Below the pieces are notes generated by a model. That model had not been told where the DNA came from, searched no databases, and worked only from the letters and a program-made list of their open reading frames with translations. 64,000 nt of DNA from Balanoglossus misakiensis. Lineage: Eukaryota; Animalia; Hemichordata. Below are positions 63,891 to 64,000 of this stretch, piece by piece (the stretch's first letter is position 1; each line of letters starts with the position of its first letter). Where the stretch lies: positions 4,531,244-4,595,243 of the forward strand of contig CM082597.2 in assembly GCA_040954595.2 (NCBI GenBank). Direction: 5' to 3'. The position numbers were made by a program, and so were the translations under genes.

Positions 63891-64000
63891 ATTCTGCGGC
63901 AAGCAGAGACTGGGCGCAGAGGTCATGACGTTCTGTCATAGCTAAAAGCTTGCGCCAAATTAAATAGTGTCTGAATAGCAACAAACACTAATTGTTTTGA

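Overview
This is AT-rich eukaryotic (animal) genomic DNA. A marine invertebrate deuterostome host, possibly a hemichordate, is inferred but not proven. The right end holds two intact, intron-containing host genes: a secreted 160-aa C-type lectin (53975-55812, 4 coding exons, QPD motif) and the first three exons of an Rh50-family ammonium transporter (56340-63009, continuing off the window). The left ~44-45 kb looks ORF-poor. Read across stops and frameshifts, however, it is a gene-dense, intronless fossil herpesvirus-like genome. I found ordered motif remnants of major capsid protein, triplex, terminase ATPase/nuclease (UL15-like, apparently unspliced), UL9-like and UL8-like proteins, family-B DNA polymerase, UL28-like terminase subunit, UL6-like portal, UL52-like primase, assemblin-like protease, UL13-like kinase, UL5-like helicase and a UL7-like protein. 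There is also an origin-like palindrome. Several of these genes resemble vertebrate Orthoherpesviridae more than what I know of mollusc or fish herpesviruses. All viral assignments come from manual translation compared with HSV-1/HCMV motifs recalled from memory. No database search was run, and pseudogene boundaries are approximate.
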